DNA of 64,000 nt from Candidatus Kapaibacterium sp. (lineage in GTDB: Bacteria > Bacteroidota > Ignavibacteria > Kapaibacteriales > UBA2268), in assembly GCA_963665665.1 (NCBI GenBank), contig OY762428.1, positions 3,520,001 to 3,584,000 of the forward strand. Reading direction: 5' to 3'. The notes below the pieces were generated by a model. It did not search any database. It saw only the letters and a program-made list of their open reading frames with translations, and had not been told where the DNA came from. Below, piece by piece: positions 40,235 through 50,596 of the stretch. Position 1 is the stretch's first letter. Each line of letters starts with the position of its first letter. The translations under genes were made by a program, and so were the position numbers.

Positions 40235-40458
40235 TCTTCAACCTGCTTTTCAAATCTTTTGTAACCCAAAATGAGTTTTTATTACTCATACCAATATATA
40301 ATTACATTTATTGAATCTGCTTATCGGAGTCTCCGTATTCCAATGCAATTCAGGGGAAGTATTTCCCATATTTTTATCTTTCTGATAAGATATCCGAAAG
40401 AGTTTTTTCAACTTATTTTCAATAAAAATTCACCCAAATAAAATCTGCTCAATATATA

Positions 40459-40911
40459 CTATTGCGGCAGTAATTCGCCATTATATAGTAAAATAACTAA
40501 CAACCTGACAAGTACGGAAGTGATTATCAATACGCAGCTTGTTCGTATTATCCCCTGCTTGCTGAACCAATGAGCAATAAGCCCCGGTATTACCCATCCC
40601 ATTGCGGAAAGTTCAATTACTCCCGAACCCAGGTCGAAATGAAAAAAATACCTTGACAGGTTGGCAAGCAGACAGCCGATAAGCAGGCTGAGTACCATCT
40701 GTCTTCTACCATATAGAAAAGTATATTCAGCAGCTATTTTAATTATAAAATATGTCAGAATACTGACAAGGAAAGTTCCTGCCATTTTCCAGGCGTCAGC
40801 CATCTGCAAAGCAATATATCCCGGAACAACAATGCCGCCTGCCGCAAAACCAAAAATTTCATAGGATATAAGGCTGAGAAACAATCCAAGCGTAATAGCC
40901 ATTTCAATCAT
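40459..40911 (-). CDS. pgsC: Poly-gamma-glutamate biosynthesis protein PgsC/CapC
   Basis: GGIVVPGYIAL, LYGRR, GWVIPGLIA. Confidence 0.95.
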   Translation of the reverse strand: MIEMAITLGLFLSLISYEIFGFAAGGIVVPGYIALQMADAWKMAGTFLVSILTYFIIKIAAEYTFLYGRRQMVLSLLIGCLLANLSRYFFHFDLGSGVIELSAMGWVIPGLIAHWFSKQGIIRTSCVLIITSVLVRLLVILLYNGELLPQ

Positions 40912-42095
40912 TTTGCAAGGCTCCTTTCCATAAAATAATCTGAAGTAACAGCGCCAATGCCGCCCATATTTCCGAAAGCAACTATACCGGCATTACCGTT
41001 AGTCGCTTCAAGAACTTTATTATATACTTCCTCAGGTTCTTTCCATCCGATATTAACAATTTTATTCTTTTCCATTCCGTATTTCTTTGCCATACTTTCA
41101 ACAACTGCTGTTGACTGTCCTATAAGTATCATCATGTCAATTTCACTATCAAGTTTTTTAGCACTCATTTCAGCAAGCTGTTTTGCCCTTTCCAGTCTGT
41201 CCTGCCTTGTATTCAGCAGGATACATTTCTTACCGGAAAGGCCGTATTCATCGCTTATCTTTCTCCATATCATAAATGAAGAATCGGGATCGTTCGCAGC
41301 AAGAGCATTGTAGAAAGTTACTTTTCCATTATCTGTGTTTATTACAAATCGTCTAAGAACACCGGCATCAGGAATAGCCCTGTACATACCCTTCAAAGCC
41401 TTTTCGTTTTCAATTCCGCAATGTTTGCAAACATCAAGAGCTATTGCTACATTTTCCTTGTGCTCAATATACGAGAATCCCTCCATGATTTCATCACTGA
41501 TTTTTTCATCACTGCAATGATGGAGCATAGTATTTTTCGATTCGCATATCTTTTTGAAAACCGGGAGCCATTTGTTTTCAGCGGTAAAGAAATCCTTACC
41601 GGCAGGAATAGTTCCTGAAAGCGATTCAACAACATCCCTGACCGTGGGCCCCATAACGTCAAGATGGTCTGCCCTGGCATTTGTGATAACACCAATCGTA
41701 GCATGGATCATTTTGTTTTCGGTGATTTGCTGATATTCAGGATCAAGAGCCATACACTCGATAATAAGTGCCTGCGCTTTTTTGGCAGCGGCGTATTTAA
41801 CGATTGATTTTTGCTCAATAATATTTGCATAACCTTTACGATGAATTTCCATTTCCGATCCGTCATCAACGATAAGTCTCGGATATGTGCCAGTCACTTT
41901 GGTTATTGTTTTGATTCCTCCCTCGCGCAATCCGGCTCCTATAAGCCGGGTTACGCTGGATTTTCCACGCGTACCGTTAATATGGACGCGGATAGGAATA
42001 GAGAAGATATTTTTCTGGTGCCTGTAATATTCAACGGCCCCAACAACAACAGCAATTAGCAGAAATGCTGATAAGAGAAATATCGTGTATATCAT
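40908..42095 (-). CDS. pgsB: Poly-gamma-glutamate synthase PgsB/CapB
   Basis: IRVHINGTRGKSSVTRLIGAGLRE, KVTGT, NIIEQ, ECMAL, TNARADHLDVMGPT, AANDPDS. Confidence 0.96.
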   Translation of the reverse strand: MIYTIFLLSAFLLIAVVVGAVEYYRHQKNIFSIPIRVHINGTRGKSSVTRLIGAGLREGGIKTITKVTGTYPRLIVDDGSEMEIHRKGYANIIEQKSIVKYAAAKKAQALIIECMALDPEYQQITENKMIHATIGVITNARADHLDVMGPTVRDVVESLSGTIPAGKDFFTAENKWLPVFKKICESKNTMLHHCSDEKISDEIMEGFSYIEHKENVAIALDVCKHCGIENEKALKGMYRAIPDAGVLRRFVINTDNGKVTFYNALAANDPDSSFMIWRKISDEYGLSGKKCILLNTRQDRLERAKQLAEMSAKKLDSEIDMMILIGQSTAVVESMAKKYGMEKNKIVNIGWKEPEEVYNKVLEATNGNAGIVAFGNMGGIGAVTSDYFMERSLAK

Positions 42096-42108
42096 ACTTC
42101 ACTGCCTG

Positions 42109-45100
42109 CTACTTCTGATAAATCATTTTCCTGACGCCAACTATGCTGCCATTGTACTTCAGGCTGTAAATATAAGTACCCGATGCAAGCTGAGAACCAT
42201 TGTTATTCAATCCGTCCCAAACAACCTTATTCATACCTGCCGGTACGGAACCTGAAACAAGCGTTCTGATATTTCTTCCAAACATATCAGTAATTTCAAT
42301 TTCAACATTTCCGGCTTCTTCCAGAAAATAACTTATCATTGTTGAATTGTTTACCGGGTTTGGTATATTTTGCATCAATTCAAAATTGCCTTTAGCTAAT
42401 AAATTGTCATTCACACCTACTGTTGCCGGTATCGGTGGCTGTGTAGTTACTTTAATGGCAAACTCTGGTTCCAGCCAGGAAACTGTTCTGTTGTAATTTC
42501 CGTTATGGAACAATTGCAGTCCGTCATTTTCATCGGGGCTTTCAACGCCAATGGTTGCATGGCCAACACCGTAAATTTCTTTGTAGTTGAATACAATTTC
42601 TCCGTCGCCGGTTGGTGTATCCACATAATCCGGATCGTAAAGAAGAATCTGGAAAGTCTCGTTTACAGTATTAGAGTTTTGTGAAATTCGGCGGTTGATA
42701 TTATAATATTCAATGATAAAACGATGGTTTTCTTCATCGTAATATGTATAAACAGAACCGCTGTTGCCTGAATAGGCCGTCCATATCCACATAGCTGCTA
42801 CCATTCCGTCAGCCTGGTCTTTCGATGGCAGTTTCTCATTCTCGAAGCCGTAGCTGTATCCGGATACGTTTCCAAATGCTATCCAGCCTCCCATATCGAC
42901 TTTGAAACTGTTATATTCCCTGCCATAATATTTGAAAGTAAATGGCAGGTCAATTTCTTTTGCCTGGTAATTAAGAGTTTGCCTCTGTCCAAGATTTTTA
43001 ATTTCTTTCCAGCTGTAAACAGGCCTGTTTTTGAATATCAGGTCGTCGGATGTATAAGCATAGTAACCGTAATTATCAGGGCCGGTTGGATATGATATAT
43101 GCTCGTCATTTATTTCTGTATAAAGGACAATTTCCTTACTATAGTTATATCGTCCGTCATTGTTCTGAACATGCAGGTTGAAATAGACTTCATGGTCTTC
43201 CGGGCAGTCCTCACGAACCTTCAGGACAAAAGCATCGTCAGTACAATCGGCATTGCTGCCTTTATCAATCGAGCCCCAGGAAGCGTTAGATTTTAATATA
43301 GTTACGAATTCATCAGGTTCAACAAGAGTAAGAACTCCGCTAACATTTTTCGCTGTTTCAGTTCCGATATTTTCTAACTGGATGATAAACTTTGATGTTT
43401 CACCGGATTCCAGGCGGTTGTTTTTGTAGAGAGGCTTTGTTTCATCATACCATTTCTCCATGAAACTGAGATCGCATCCCCTTACTTCTACATCATAATG
43501 GAAGAGCCTGGTTTCGTAATCAGATATTACAGATAGTCTGAACGGAAGTTCGTATCCGACTTTGCAACTGTCCTTCAAAATATATTCAAAACTTACAGGA
43601 CTGCTTTGTGCGCCGCTGTTCAATGTGCCAATATTGATTTCGTCGGTTGTTTTCATTCCGGCATAATCTTCAGTATCGAGTTCAAGTTTCACTTTAACGT
43701 TGTTTTCGTTTACATTTCCTTCGTTTTTAAGGACAAATGATATACTGCACGTTTCAGTAGGGTTGGGATAATTATCACCATTACCGCTTACATCAGCCAG
43801 TTCATATTCTTCAAGCGGATGAACATTGTGATCAGCATTAATAACTTCTACAGTACTCAGGAAGGGTATCATTGATTCTCCCCTTACTGTCAGGTTCAGA
43901 GAACCGGGGGTTTCAGAATGAATATCAATCCAGGCGCGTCCGTTTTCATCAGTTCTTGAAACCGAATAAATGCCGTCGGCTGAAATACAAACTACAGCAT
44001 TGGCAGCGGGCTGATTATTATCTTTATAATTAACATCAACTTCAAGCTGGCTGTAACCTTTAGGTACATTCTGCTCGTAACTTACGCTTAATTCTCTCGG
44101 AACATCTTTCCAGAGGTGTAAACCCGGATCGCCGAGAAGGCAGAAAGTATTTGAATGATATTTAACCCATGGGTCATCGCCAAAAACGTTGAACATGTAT
44201 ATTTTTCCTCTGAGCAATGCTTGTGCAGGAGTTTCCAGACCTTCGCGGAAAAGCCCCACGTATATTCCTTTGTCTATCCTGTTGTTATATGATGTATGAG
44301 TATTAGAAGTAGGCCCTACGAACGCAATAGAGCCTCTTGGTTTCGTTTTGGTACCCAGTTTCAACCATTCTTCACCGAAACAATTGCCTGAGTATTCGTC
44401 AAATTTTGCTACACCGCAGCCAATGCTTGAGATAAAGGGCATCATCAGTCCGTTGTTCACCTGTGAAATGTCTTCTGTTTCAAAACCGAAGCATATTGTC
44501 TGCCAGCCGTAGCTCCAGCCTTCACCCCGATAATTGAGAAAAGATCTGCCCTGGCTGAGTGCACTTATTATATGGCTGAGTTTAACAGTACAGCCTGAAC
44601 CTCCCCAGCCGCCATTGCTTTTACCGTCGCTCCATAAGGTGTCAACTTCAGTGAAGCCTCCGTCTTCGAGCATCACATTACGTGTAAATCTTTTAGTATC
44701 AACTTGTGAGGCATACAGATTATTTGAACTAACGATTCCGTGTTTGAACCAGTTGGTATTTGCCATATATGGCTGAGTTTCATAAAGTTTAAGTTTATTC
44801 AGGATAACTTCAAGCCTGTATTCACTTTGAATCGGTATTCTGCCAACCATCATATCTGCAAAATGATCGTCCCCGTCCACACAAACAAAATAGTCTTCGT
44901 TCATTAGCGTATAATCAGGATAAGTCACATATTTCACGGGAAATACACCGTAATCACCTACCATTAATACATATGTAGGCGGAATTGCCCATGTATGATA
45001 AGCTTCGGAAATATAATCCCTGATTTTTTCATAATTGGATGAATTGGCTCCAATTTCACTGAAAGTTTTTGTTATTATATAAGTTCCACTACGATGACGC

Positions 45101-45903
45101 CATTCGGCATAAGATTCGAATACTTCTTTGAACTCGTCCGGCATTATACATAGCATAACGTCATAGCTGTGTTTATCATGACGTTCAGAATCAAGAAAAT
45201 CCTCGTAATTAAGTACCATATTTTTATAAATTTTTTCAAAGGCTGGTGATATTGGCCTCGGATCAGTTGCTATTGGAGTATCATCACTTGTTATAAAGTC
45301 AATCTTTACTTTCATATAGGGAATTACCGATATCTGTTCCATATTCATATTATACTGAATCGGAGCAATATCAACCCTTACAACGTTAATATCTCTGAAT
45401 TTCATTGGTTTACTTATTCTCACGGCCTCATTAGGATAAATACCGTCAAAATCATATTCTTTCGCTGATATTTCAGGCAGTTCTTCGCCTTCAGCATGGC
45501 TTGCCATTCGCGGCTTAATATTATAACCAGAAAAAATCCGGGGTTCTTCGCCGGATATGATCTTTGCTTCTACTTTTGCACCGGCGGGTACGGCAATAAT
45601 TTTTGAAATTACCGGTACTTCCGGAACAACATTTCCCGCAGGTATGTAAGAATCCTCCAACAGGCTGATTTCTTTATAACCTGCAAATCTTCCTGTAGCA
45701 ACATTCATATCAAATCCCGAAACAGACAGTTCCAGTTCAATACCTTTGCTGTTACTTTCAATAATATTAATTTCAGGTTCCTGAGGCTTGAGCGCCATAA
45801 CTTTTTCGCCGTTTTTTCCTTTTTTTTCTACTCCAACCCATTCGGCGCTGGTGTTAGAAGCTATTATTACAAACAATGCAAAAATTATAATTCCGATACG
45901 CAT
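42109..45903 (-). CDS. Gingipain-like C25 family protein with propeptide and C-terminal T9SS/FlgD-Ig sorting domain
   Basis: Propeptide (PEVPVISKIIAVP), YVLMVGD, VGRIP, NYRGEG...IGC, CLLGDPGL; CTD QNIPNP...ITDMFGR...WDG...SGTYIY. Confidence 0.88.
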   Translation of the reverse strand: MRIGIIIFALFVIIASNTSAEWVGVEKKGKNGEKVMALKPQEPEINIIESNSKGIELELSVSGFDMNVATGRFAGYKEISLLEDSYIPAGNVVPEVPVISKIIAVPAGAKVEAKIISGEEPRIFSGYNIKPRMASHAEGEELPEISAKEYDFDGIYPNEAVRISKPMKFRDINVVRVDIAPIQYNMNMEQISVIPYMKVKIDFITSDDTPIATDPRPISPAFEKIYKNMVLNYEDFLDSERHDKHSYDVMLCIMPDEFKEVFESYAEWRHRSGTYIITKTFSEIGANSSNYEKIRDYISEAYHTWAIPPTYVLMVGDYGVFPVKYVTYPDYTLMNEDYFVCVDGDDHFADMMVGRIPIQSEYRLEVILNKLKLYETQPYMANTNWFKHGIVSSNNLYASQVDTKRFTRNVMLEDGGFTEVDTLWSDGKSNGGWGGSGCTVKLSHIISALSQGRSFLNYRGEGWSYGWQTICFGFETEDISQVNNGLMMPFISSIGCGVAKFDEYSGNCFGEEWLKLGTKTKPRGSIAFVGPTSNTHTSYNNRIDKGIYVGLFREGLETPAQALLRGKIYMFNVFGDDPWVKYHSNTFCLLGDPGLHLWKDVPRELSVSYEQNVPKGYSQLEVDVNYKDNNQPAANAVVCISADGIYSVSRTDENGRAWIDIHSETPGSLNLTVRGESMIPFLSTVEVINADHNVHPLEEYELADVSGNGDNYPNPTETCSISFVLKNEGNVNENNVKVKLELDTEDYAGMKTTDEINIGTLNSGAQSSPVSFEYILKDSCKVGYELPFRLSVISDYETRLFHYDVEVRGCDLSFMEKWYDETKPLYKNNRLESGETSKFIIQLENIGTETAKNVSGVLTLVEPDEFVTILKSNASWGSIDKGSNADCTDDAFVLKVREDCPEDHEVYFNLHVQNNDGRYNYSKEIVLYTEINDEHISYPTGPDNYGYYAYTSDDLIFKNRPVYSWKEIKNLGQRQTLNYQAKEIDLPFTFKYYGREYNSFKVDMGGWIAFGNVSGYSYGFENEKLPSKDQADGMVAAMWIWTAYSGNSGSVYTYYDEENHRFIIEYYNINRRISQNSNTVNETFQILLYDPDYVDTPTGDGEIVFNYKEIYGVGHATIGVESPDENDGLQLFHNGNYNRTVSWLEPEFAIKVTTQPPIPATVGVNDNLLAKGNFELMQNIPNPVNNSTMISYFLEEAGNVEIEITDMFGRNIRTLVSGSVPAGMNKVVWDGLNNNGSQLASGTYIYSLKYNGSIVGVRKMIYQK

Positions 45904-46116
45904 ATTTTCTTCCCTTAGTTATCCGCGTTTTCAATTTGTCTTATTTATTATAAATACACTTAAACAGGAATTCGTTACATAAATTTATGAAAAAAAATCA
46001 AAACAAGTTAAGATTTAATCTTTTTTAAGGTTCGACCTCGTTCTTTTTTATTTGAATTATTTATATCTTGCGGATATATTGAAAACAGCATTCTGAAAAC
46101 CTAAACGCAGACAAAC

Positions 46117-47571
46117 ATGACTGAAAAGAAATCCGGCCTTCTGCCGCATCTCGGACTTTACACAACAACAGCAATTGTTATCGGAGCCGTCATCGGTTCC
46201 GGAATATTTAAAAAGCCGGCACTTATGGCCGATCAGCTTGGCTCTCCTGAGTTGATGCTACTGGTGTGGGTAATAGCAGGAATACTAACGCTTTTCGGAG
46301 CGCTTACCAATGCCGAAGTGGCAGGTATGATAACAGCCCCGGGTGGACAATATGTTTATTTCGAAAAAATGTACGGCCGTTTTACAGCTTATATGTACGG
46401 CTGGGCAATATTTGCAGTTATCCAGACGGGATCCATCGCTTCAATAACTTATGTATTTTCAGAGTACTTTGAATATTTCCAGGTATTGCCAAGGTTCAGC
46501 CCTGACATTGAAAACAGTATTGTATTGCACATCCCTTACATCGGGAATATTTTCCCATTGCAGGATTTCGGAGTTAAAAGCCTGACAATACTGATTATTA
46601 CCTCACTGACCACAATAAATTATTTTGGAGTCAGGTTTGGCGGGCGTGTTTCTCTGATATTTACTTCTGCAAAGGTCTCGGCAATTTTTGTACTGCTGAT
46701 ACTGGCAGTAATTTTCGGTGAGGGAAGTACGGGTCATCTGGTATCCGAGAATGGATTCACGCCTTCCACCGGAGCTCCGATTTTCGGAGCTATTATAGTA
46801 GCTCTGTCTGGGGCTTTTTGGTCCTATGACGGCTGGAACAATGTAACATATCTTGCAGGAGAAGTAAAGCAGCCCCAGAGAACAATTCCTCGCGCTCTTA
46901 TTACCGGGATGATAATAGTTATAACGGTTTACCTGCTGATTAACATTGCTTTCCTATATGTACTCCCGATAGAAGAAATGGCCGGTTCAAAGCTTGTTGC
47001 CGCTGATGTTGCCCAAAAGGCTCTCGGAGCTATTGGTGGCGCTTTGGTTGCCGCCGCCGTTATGATTTCTACCTTTGGTACTTCCAACGGAACAATTATG
47101 GCAAGCGCAAGGGTTTATTTTGCTATGTCGCGGGATAAAATGTTCTTCAGCCCTGTAGGCAGGATACACCCGAAATTCAGAACCCCCGCCAATGCATTAA
47201 TATTGCAGGCGGCATGGTCTACCCTGCTTGTTCTAAGCGGTACATTCGATATTCTAACCGATATGCTGATATTTGTAAGCTGGATATTCTATGCCCTCGG
47301 CGCTTTCGGCCTTTTCATACTCAGGCGTAAAATGCCTGATGCAGAACGTCCGTATAAGGTATTTGCATATCCCGTTATTCCACTTGTATTCACGGTTTTT
47401 GCCCTTGTTTTCGTAGTAATGACACTATATAATGATATTATCCGCTATTACAACGGCGAGGCACAGATCATCAATTCCCTGTTTGGCCTTTTACTAATGG
47501 CGCTGGGAATTCCAATGTATATCTGGTTTAAGAAAAAGTACGGGGATAAGGAGGCTGTCTCGGAAGCCTGA
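46117..47571 (+). CDS. APC family amino acid permease (LAT/SteT-like)
   Basis: GAVIGSGIF, GGQYVY, WSYDGWNN, GEVKQPQRTIPRA, ERPYKV. Confidence 0.92.
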   Translation: MTEKKSGLLPHLGLYTTTAIVIGAVIGSGIFKKPALMADQLGSPELMLLVWVIAGILTLFGALTNAEVAGMITAPGGQYVYFEKMYGRFTAYMYGWAIFAVIQTGSIASITYVFSEYFEYFQVLPRFSPDIENSIVLHIPYIGNIFPLQDFGVKSLTILIITSLTTINYFGVRFGGRVSLIFTSAKVSAIFVLLILAVIFGEGSTGHLVSENGFTPSTGAPIFGAIIVALSGAFWSYDGWNNVTYLAGEVKQPQRTIPRALITGMIIVITVYLLINIAFLYVLPIEEMAGSKLVAADVAQKALGAIGGALVAAAVMISTFGTSNGTIMASARVYFAMSRDKMFFSPVGRIHPKFRTPANALILQAAWSTLLVLSGTFDILTDMLIFVSWIFYALGAFGLFILRRKMPDAERPYKVFAYPVIPLVFTVFALVFVVMTLYNDIIRYYNGEAQIINSLFGLLLMALGIPMYIWFKKKYGDKEAVSEA

Positions 47572-47577
47572 AAAGCG

Positions 47578-47652
47578 GTCATTCTGAGCGTAGCGAAGAA
47601 TCTATAACCCGTATGAATACTGGATTCTTCACTTCGTTCAGAATGACAAATT
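47578..47652 (-). repeat. TGTCATTC-family REP/MITE-like element
   Basis: gtcattctgagcgtagcgaagaatc...gattcttcacttcgttcagaatgacaaatt; a half copy also lies at ~48630-48663. Confidence 0.85.
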
Positions 47653-47746
47653 CACAAAAATCAGAATAATGAGACATTCCGATCTGATGACTGACACTCA
47701 TGGAATGAATTTAAAAATAAATATTAGTGCAACAATAATCAATACT

Positions 47747-48529
47747 ATGGCAAGCAATTTCAATTACATAAAAATGGGCGATCCCGGAGGCAAAGCGATA
47801 ATATTTCTGCATGGCTTTATGGGATGCGCGGATGACTGGCTGAAAGTAATGAAGCATTTACAACCTGAATATTACTGCATTGCCATTGACCTGCCAGGGC
47901 ACGGCGCTACAAAAGTTACAGGCGGCGAAGATAAATATAAAATGGAGGAAACAGCCGCCGGGCTAAAAGAATTTTTCAGTAAAAAAAAACTTGAGAAAGT
48001 CACGCTTTGCGGCTATTCCATGGGAGGCAGGCTGGCTTTATATTTTGCCATGAAATACCCGGAAATGATTGATAAACTGATCCTTGAATCGGCAACGCCC
48101 GGAATAATTGATGATAAGGAACGTGCTGAAAGGCTTCGCTCGGACGAACTGCTGTCAGAAAAGATAATAAACTCAGATTATGCAGAGTTTATTGAGAACT
48201 GGTATTCAATGTCTTTGTTCGGCAATATCAAAGAACATCCGGAATATGGGAAGCTGATAAAACGCCGCCTGAAAAATAATAAGCAGGAAATTGCCTGCTC
48301 GCTCAGGGTGATGAGTACGGGAAGGATGCAGCCCCAATGGGACAACCTGGCAAAAGCCAATCTTCCAATACTGCTTATAGCCGGAGAACAGGATTCAAAA
48401 TATATTGAAATCAATAATAAGATAGCAAGTATTAATCAGAAGTCCGAATTAAGGATTATTTCCGGCACCGGACATAATAGCCATTTTGAAAAACCTGAAA
48501 TCTTTGTAAATTATATTAAGGAATTTTAG
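47747..48529 (+). CDS. menH: SHCHC synthase (alpha/beta hydrolase)
   Basis: FLHGFMG, DLPGHG, GYSMGGRLA, GEQDSKY, GHNSH; adjacent to menB. Confidence 0.88.
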   Translation: MASNFNYIKMGDPGGKAIIFLHGFMGCADDWLKVMKHLQPEYYCIAIDLPGHGATKVTGGEDKYKMEETAAGLKEFFSKKKLEKVTLCGYSMGGRLALYFAMKYPEMIDKLILESATPGIIDDKERAERLRSDELLSEKIINSDYAEFIENWYSMSLFGNIKEHPEYGKLIKRRLKNNKQEIACSLRVMSTGRMQPQWDNLAKANLPILLIAGEQDSKYIEINNKIASINQKSELRIISGTGHNSHFEKPEIFVNYIKEF

Positions 48530-48733
48530 AAAAATATTTTTTAAAATTTCCATTTGTCACAAATTGATAAACCGGCAGGAAGCTATGCTCAGCTACATTT
48601 TTTTCTTTACCAAAGGCTTAAAAGAAATTGATTCTTTAGTCGCTACGCTTCTTCAGAATGACATTTAATTGGTTTTCCGAACAATTAATTACGACTAAGC
48701 AACTTATTTATTCAAATAATACAGGAAATAATT

Positions 48734-49555
48734 ATGGGAACATTTAACTGGATAAAATCAGGCGAATATACAGATATTAAATATGATAAATTCGAAGGTA
48801 TAGCTAAAATTACTATCAACCGGCCGGAAGTAAGGAATGCCTTTCGCCCCCTGACTGTAATGGAAATGTCCAAGGCGCTTGAAGATGCCCGGCAGGATCC
48901 GGAAATTGGCGTTATTATTCTTACCGGAGAAGGCGAGAAGGCTTTTTGCTCCGGCGGCGACCAGAAGATCAGGGGCGACGCAGGATATGTTGACTCAAAA
49001 GGGGTGCATCATCTGAACGTTCTGGATTTTCAGCGTCAGATAAGAACATGCCCCAAGCCGATAATAGCTATGGTGGCAGGTTATTCAATTGGCGGCGGCC
49101 ATGTACTGCACCTGATGTGTGATATAACTATTGCTGCTGAAAATGCTGTCTTCGGCCAGACAGGCCCCAAAGTTGGCTCTTTCGACGGCGGCTACGGTTC
49201 CAGCTATATGGCAAGAATAGTCGGGCAGAAAAAAGCCCGTGAAATCTGGTTCCTTTGCCGACAGTATGACGCACAGCAGGCCCTTGATATGGGGCTTGTT
49301 AATACCGTTGTACCGTATGAACGCCTTGAAGAAGAAACAGTTCAGTGGTGCAGGGAAATTCTTAAGAATTCTCCTTTGGCTTTGCGCTGCCTGAAATCTG
49401 CCCTGAATGCCGACTGTGACGGCCAGGCAGGATTGCAGGAGCTTGCCGGAAATGCCACCATGCTTTTCTATATGACTGACGAAGGACAGGAAGGCCGCAA
49501 TGCCTTTAATGAAAAACGCCAGCCGGACTTCTCGAAGTTTACCAGAAGGCCGTAA
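48734..49555 (+). CDS. menB: 1,4-dihydroxy-2-naphthoyl-CoA synthase
   Basis: [47 protein letters not shown]. Confidence 0.97.
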   Translation: MGTFNWIKSGEYTDIKYDKFEGIAKITINRPEVRNAFRPLTVMEMSKALEDARQDPEIGVIILTGEGEKAFCSGGDQKIRGDAGYVDSKGVHHLNVLDFQRQIRTCPKPIIAMVAGYSIGGGHVLHLMCDITIAAENAVFGQTGPKVGSFDGGYGSSYMARIVGQKKAREIWFLCRQYDAQQALDMGLVNTVVPYERLEEETVQWCREILKNSPLALRCLKSALNADCDGQAGLQELAGNATMLFYMTDEGQEGRNAFNEKRQPDFSKFTRRP

Positions 49556-49571
49556 TCATAAAATTTTTAGA

Positions 49572-49608
49572 ACTCCCGGTTATTATATAGCCGGGGGGAT
49601 ATTTTTTA
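49572..49608. terminator. Terminator hairpin between menB and the AbiEii gene
   Basis: ctcccggtta...tagccggggg followed by a T-rich tract. Confidence 0.55.
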
Positions 49609-49618
49609 TTAAATCATG

Positions 49619-50596
49619 TTATTTATTTAAATCCCAACTGATATTTTTCAAGCGTTTATAAATAATTGTTATACTTTCAATAATATCAGATTCATGGGGC
49701 AAAACGCCAATTACAATATCTTGAAAATTACCATAATACACTGATCTCAAATCTTTCCATGTTTCTTCAATTTTTGAGAAACATATTGCATCAGCGGGGT
49801 GTTTCAAAAGCCATTCATTGTTGTTTTTATATGATACAATATCGTCCTGGCCTGTTTTGATTAGCATCTTTTCAAAATCATGGCTATGAAGAAATATCTG
49901 AATATCCTTGTCTTTAAGCATTTGATTCAAATCATAAAAATGACGGATTTTATTCCTCAAATCAAAAATGGGATTATTTGTATTCGAAAATCTTACCAGG
50001 CTCATGATTTTTTCACAAAAGGTTCTATATTTACTGAGAACCCTTATATTGAAGGGTGATAGTCTGTATATATCAATTAAGTCAAATTTTTTCTGTTGTA
50101 CCATCATATCAAAGATATAGGAACTGACTTTCATCGAGGAATTTGGTTCAGAACTTCCCATCCAACTTACCTCCAGTATCACATTCTCGCTTATCTGACC
50201 AAATCTGCCTGAAAATTCTTTTTGATAATTATGTACAGTTTTTCTGATATTTCCCATTTTATTTGTTAATCCGGGAATATTTATTTCCGGTATGGCATTA
50301 CCCAAAATTTTGCTAATAGTTCGAATCTTTGATTTTAATTGATTGTCGGATTCGTCAGCTCTCCTAAAAACGACAATATCAATATCTTCAGAAAATCTTT
50401 CAATTAACTTATAGCATTTAGATAAAGCAGTCCCGCCCTTAAAAACTGTTTCATTTTCAATTTCAGAATTGAAAATGGTATATAGCGCGTATGTTACCCA
50501 ATAATCTTTTTCAACAAATACTTCCTTAATACCCAGAAATTGAGCGGTTGCCACAATAGCAGTTTTAAATAATTCCTTATCATTATGTAATTTCAT
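49619..50596 (-). CDS. AbiEii/AbiGii nucleotidyltransferase toxin (type IV TA)
   Basis: VEKDYWV, FKGGTALSKCYKLIERFSEDID, RTFCEK, RHFYD. Confidence 0.92.
   Translation of the reverse strand: MKLHNDKELFKTAIVATAQFLGIKEVFVEKDYWVTYALYTIFNSEIENETVFKGGTALSKCYKLIERFSEDIDIVVFRRADESDNQLKSKIRTISKILGNAIPEINIPGLTNKMGNIRKTVHNYQKEFSGRFGQISENVILEVSWMGSSEPNSSMKVSSYIFDMMVQQKKFDLIDIYRLSPFNIRVLSKYRTFCEKIMSLVRFSNTNNPIFDLRNKIRHFYDLNQMLKDKDIQIFLHSHDFEKMLIKTGQDDIVSYKNNNEWLLKHPADAICFSKIEETWKDLRSVYYGNFQDIVIGVLPHESDIIESITIIYKRLKNISWDLNK

Noticed and set aside
40235-40458. Hidden capE-like peptide between pgsC and pgsW
   Set aside because: The only ATG-started ORF of any length that I found (27 aa, MGNTSPELHW...) lacks a hydrophobic helix.
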